Under the pieces are notes generated by a model that did no database searches, was not told the DNA's origin, and saw only the letters and a list, made by a program, of their open reading frames with translations. The position numbers were made by a program, and so were the translations under genes. Shown in pieces: positions 63,301-64,000 of a stretch of DNA of 64,000 nucleotides. Source of the stretch: Utricularia gibba (taxonomy: Eukaryota; Plantae; Magnoliophyta). The DNA lies in contig NEEC01000197.1 of assembly GCA_002189035.1 (NCBI GenBank), positions 15,479 through 79,478 of the forward strand. Direction: 5' to 3'. Numbering within the stretch: position 1 is the stretch's first letter; each line of letters begins with the position of its first letter.

Positions 63301-64000
63301 AGCACCCCAAATGGTTTTCTCAACAACCTGATTTATATTTGAGGAGGCGCTCTAGGCTGGCACTAGTATCGAGCAAATGGTCGAGTCGCGCTCTGGCCCA
63401 TAGTCATTTGTAGCCCGGCCAAAAAGTGATGCATTTATTAACGTTGGTTTTCGGCGGCTGCCTACATGCTTTTTTCGAGGAAAAGTTGTCGTTTTTTTGC
63501 GGGTGCTGTTGTTGGGAACTTCGTCCGGACCCAAGGATCGGTCTGACTTCACAGCACAATCCGATCCCATTCGACGAAAATCGTGATGCCTTTATTGAAG
63601 TTAGGATCTCATGACCACCCCAAATGGTTTTTTCAACAGCATGCTTTACACTTGACAAGGCGCTTTTGTGGGTCACCGAGATCGGGCCGGATTCGGGTCG
63701 GGCTTGAGCCCAAAGTCAGCTGTAGCCCGGCAAAAGAAGTGATGCATTTATTAACGTTGGGTTGTCGGCGGCTGCCCACATGGTTTGTCAAGCAAATAGC
63801 TTGCCATTTAAAGTCGGGTGCTGTCGTTGGGAGCTTTGTCCGGCCCGAGATTCGGTCTGGCTACTAAGCCCAATCGGGTCGCACTCGACGAAAATCGTAA
63901 CGCATTTGATGTAGTTAGGATGTCATGAGAACCCCAATGGGTTTTCTCAACACTCTGCTATATATTTGAGAAGGCGCCCTCGGAGGGTTTCGGGATTGGG

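Larger units (their letters stand above)
1..64000. repeat. Tandem satellite DNA array: 313-314-bp monomer organised as a ~1.25-kb 4-monomer HOR, about 50 units, one orientation, running off both window ends
   Basis: The anchor tca(g/t)(t/c)tgtagcccgg recurs every ~313 bp. Type-A monomer starts recur every ~1250 bp (14098, 15353, 16601, ... 19101, 20354, 21604, 22859, ... 60592, 61840, 63089). The same spurious ORFs recur with this period. I saw no inversion of orientation and no non-repeat insert. Confidence 0.98.

Noticed and set aside
159-63867. Hundreds of 60-161-aa ORFs on both strands (e.g. MHHDFHRVAPDWAQEP..., MVFQAIACHFKAG...)
   Set aside because: They recur with the 1.25-kb repeat period, overlap in several frames and gain or lose length through homopolymer indels. 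I recognise no domain in them. They are chance open frames in satellite DNA.
1-64000. CRISPR array
   Set aside because: There are no unique spacers between short repeats (the whole unit is repeated) and no cas genes.
1-64000. rDNA (5S or 45S unit, IGS subrepeats), tRNA or snRNA tandem genes
   Set aside because: I see no recognisable rRNA, tRNA or snRNA sequence and no Pol III A/B/C boxes in the 313-bp unit.
1-64000. Transposon, LTR or MITE origin or insertion
   Set aside because: I found no terminal inverted repeats, target-site duplications, PBS/PPT or coding remnants. Every irregular segment is derived from the monomer itself.
1-64000. Assignment to a named satellite (CentC, CentO, CentBd, alpha satellite, etc.) or to a species
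   Set aside because: Only the subunit length is similar. I cannot recognise sequence homology, and a database search is required.

Overview
The whole 64 kb is one head-to-tail tandem satellite array in a single orientation. I see no protein-coding gene, RNA gene, transposon insertion or unique sequence. The repeat is nested. Two diverged ~157-bp subunits make a 313-314-bp monomer. Four monomer types (A, B, C, D) make a ~1.25-kb higher-order repeat (HOR), with about 50 HOR units in the window. Local blocks of HORs are duplicated again: a ~2.2-kb 3+4-monomer unit and a ~11.7-kb block of 9 HORs. Re-phasing the monomer at about +130 turns the 4-mer into X1-X2-Y1-Y2. The variant HORs (ABCDD, ABC, A-B/C-D) then become simple gains or losses of one X or Y unit. 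Diagnostic alleles change progressively from left to right, and the first ~14 kb is clearly more irregular. Many 1-2-bp deletions fall exactly on polymorphic sites, and several monomers are 'shredded'. Both patterns suggest an error-prone long-read consensus that mixes non-identical copies, so fine detail needs raw-read confirmation. The architecture resembles eukaryotic (plant-like) centromeric or subtelomeric satellite DNA, but I cannot name the family or species. I found no protein- or RNA-based novel system; the interest lies in the array architecture. All counts and identities are by-eye estimates.
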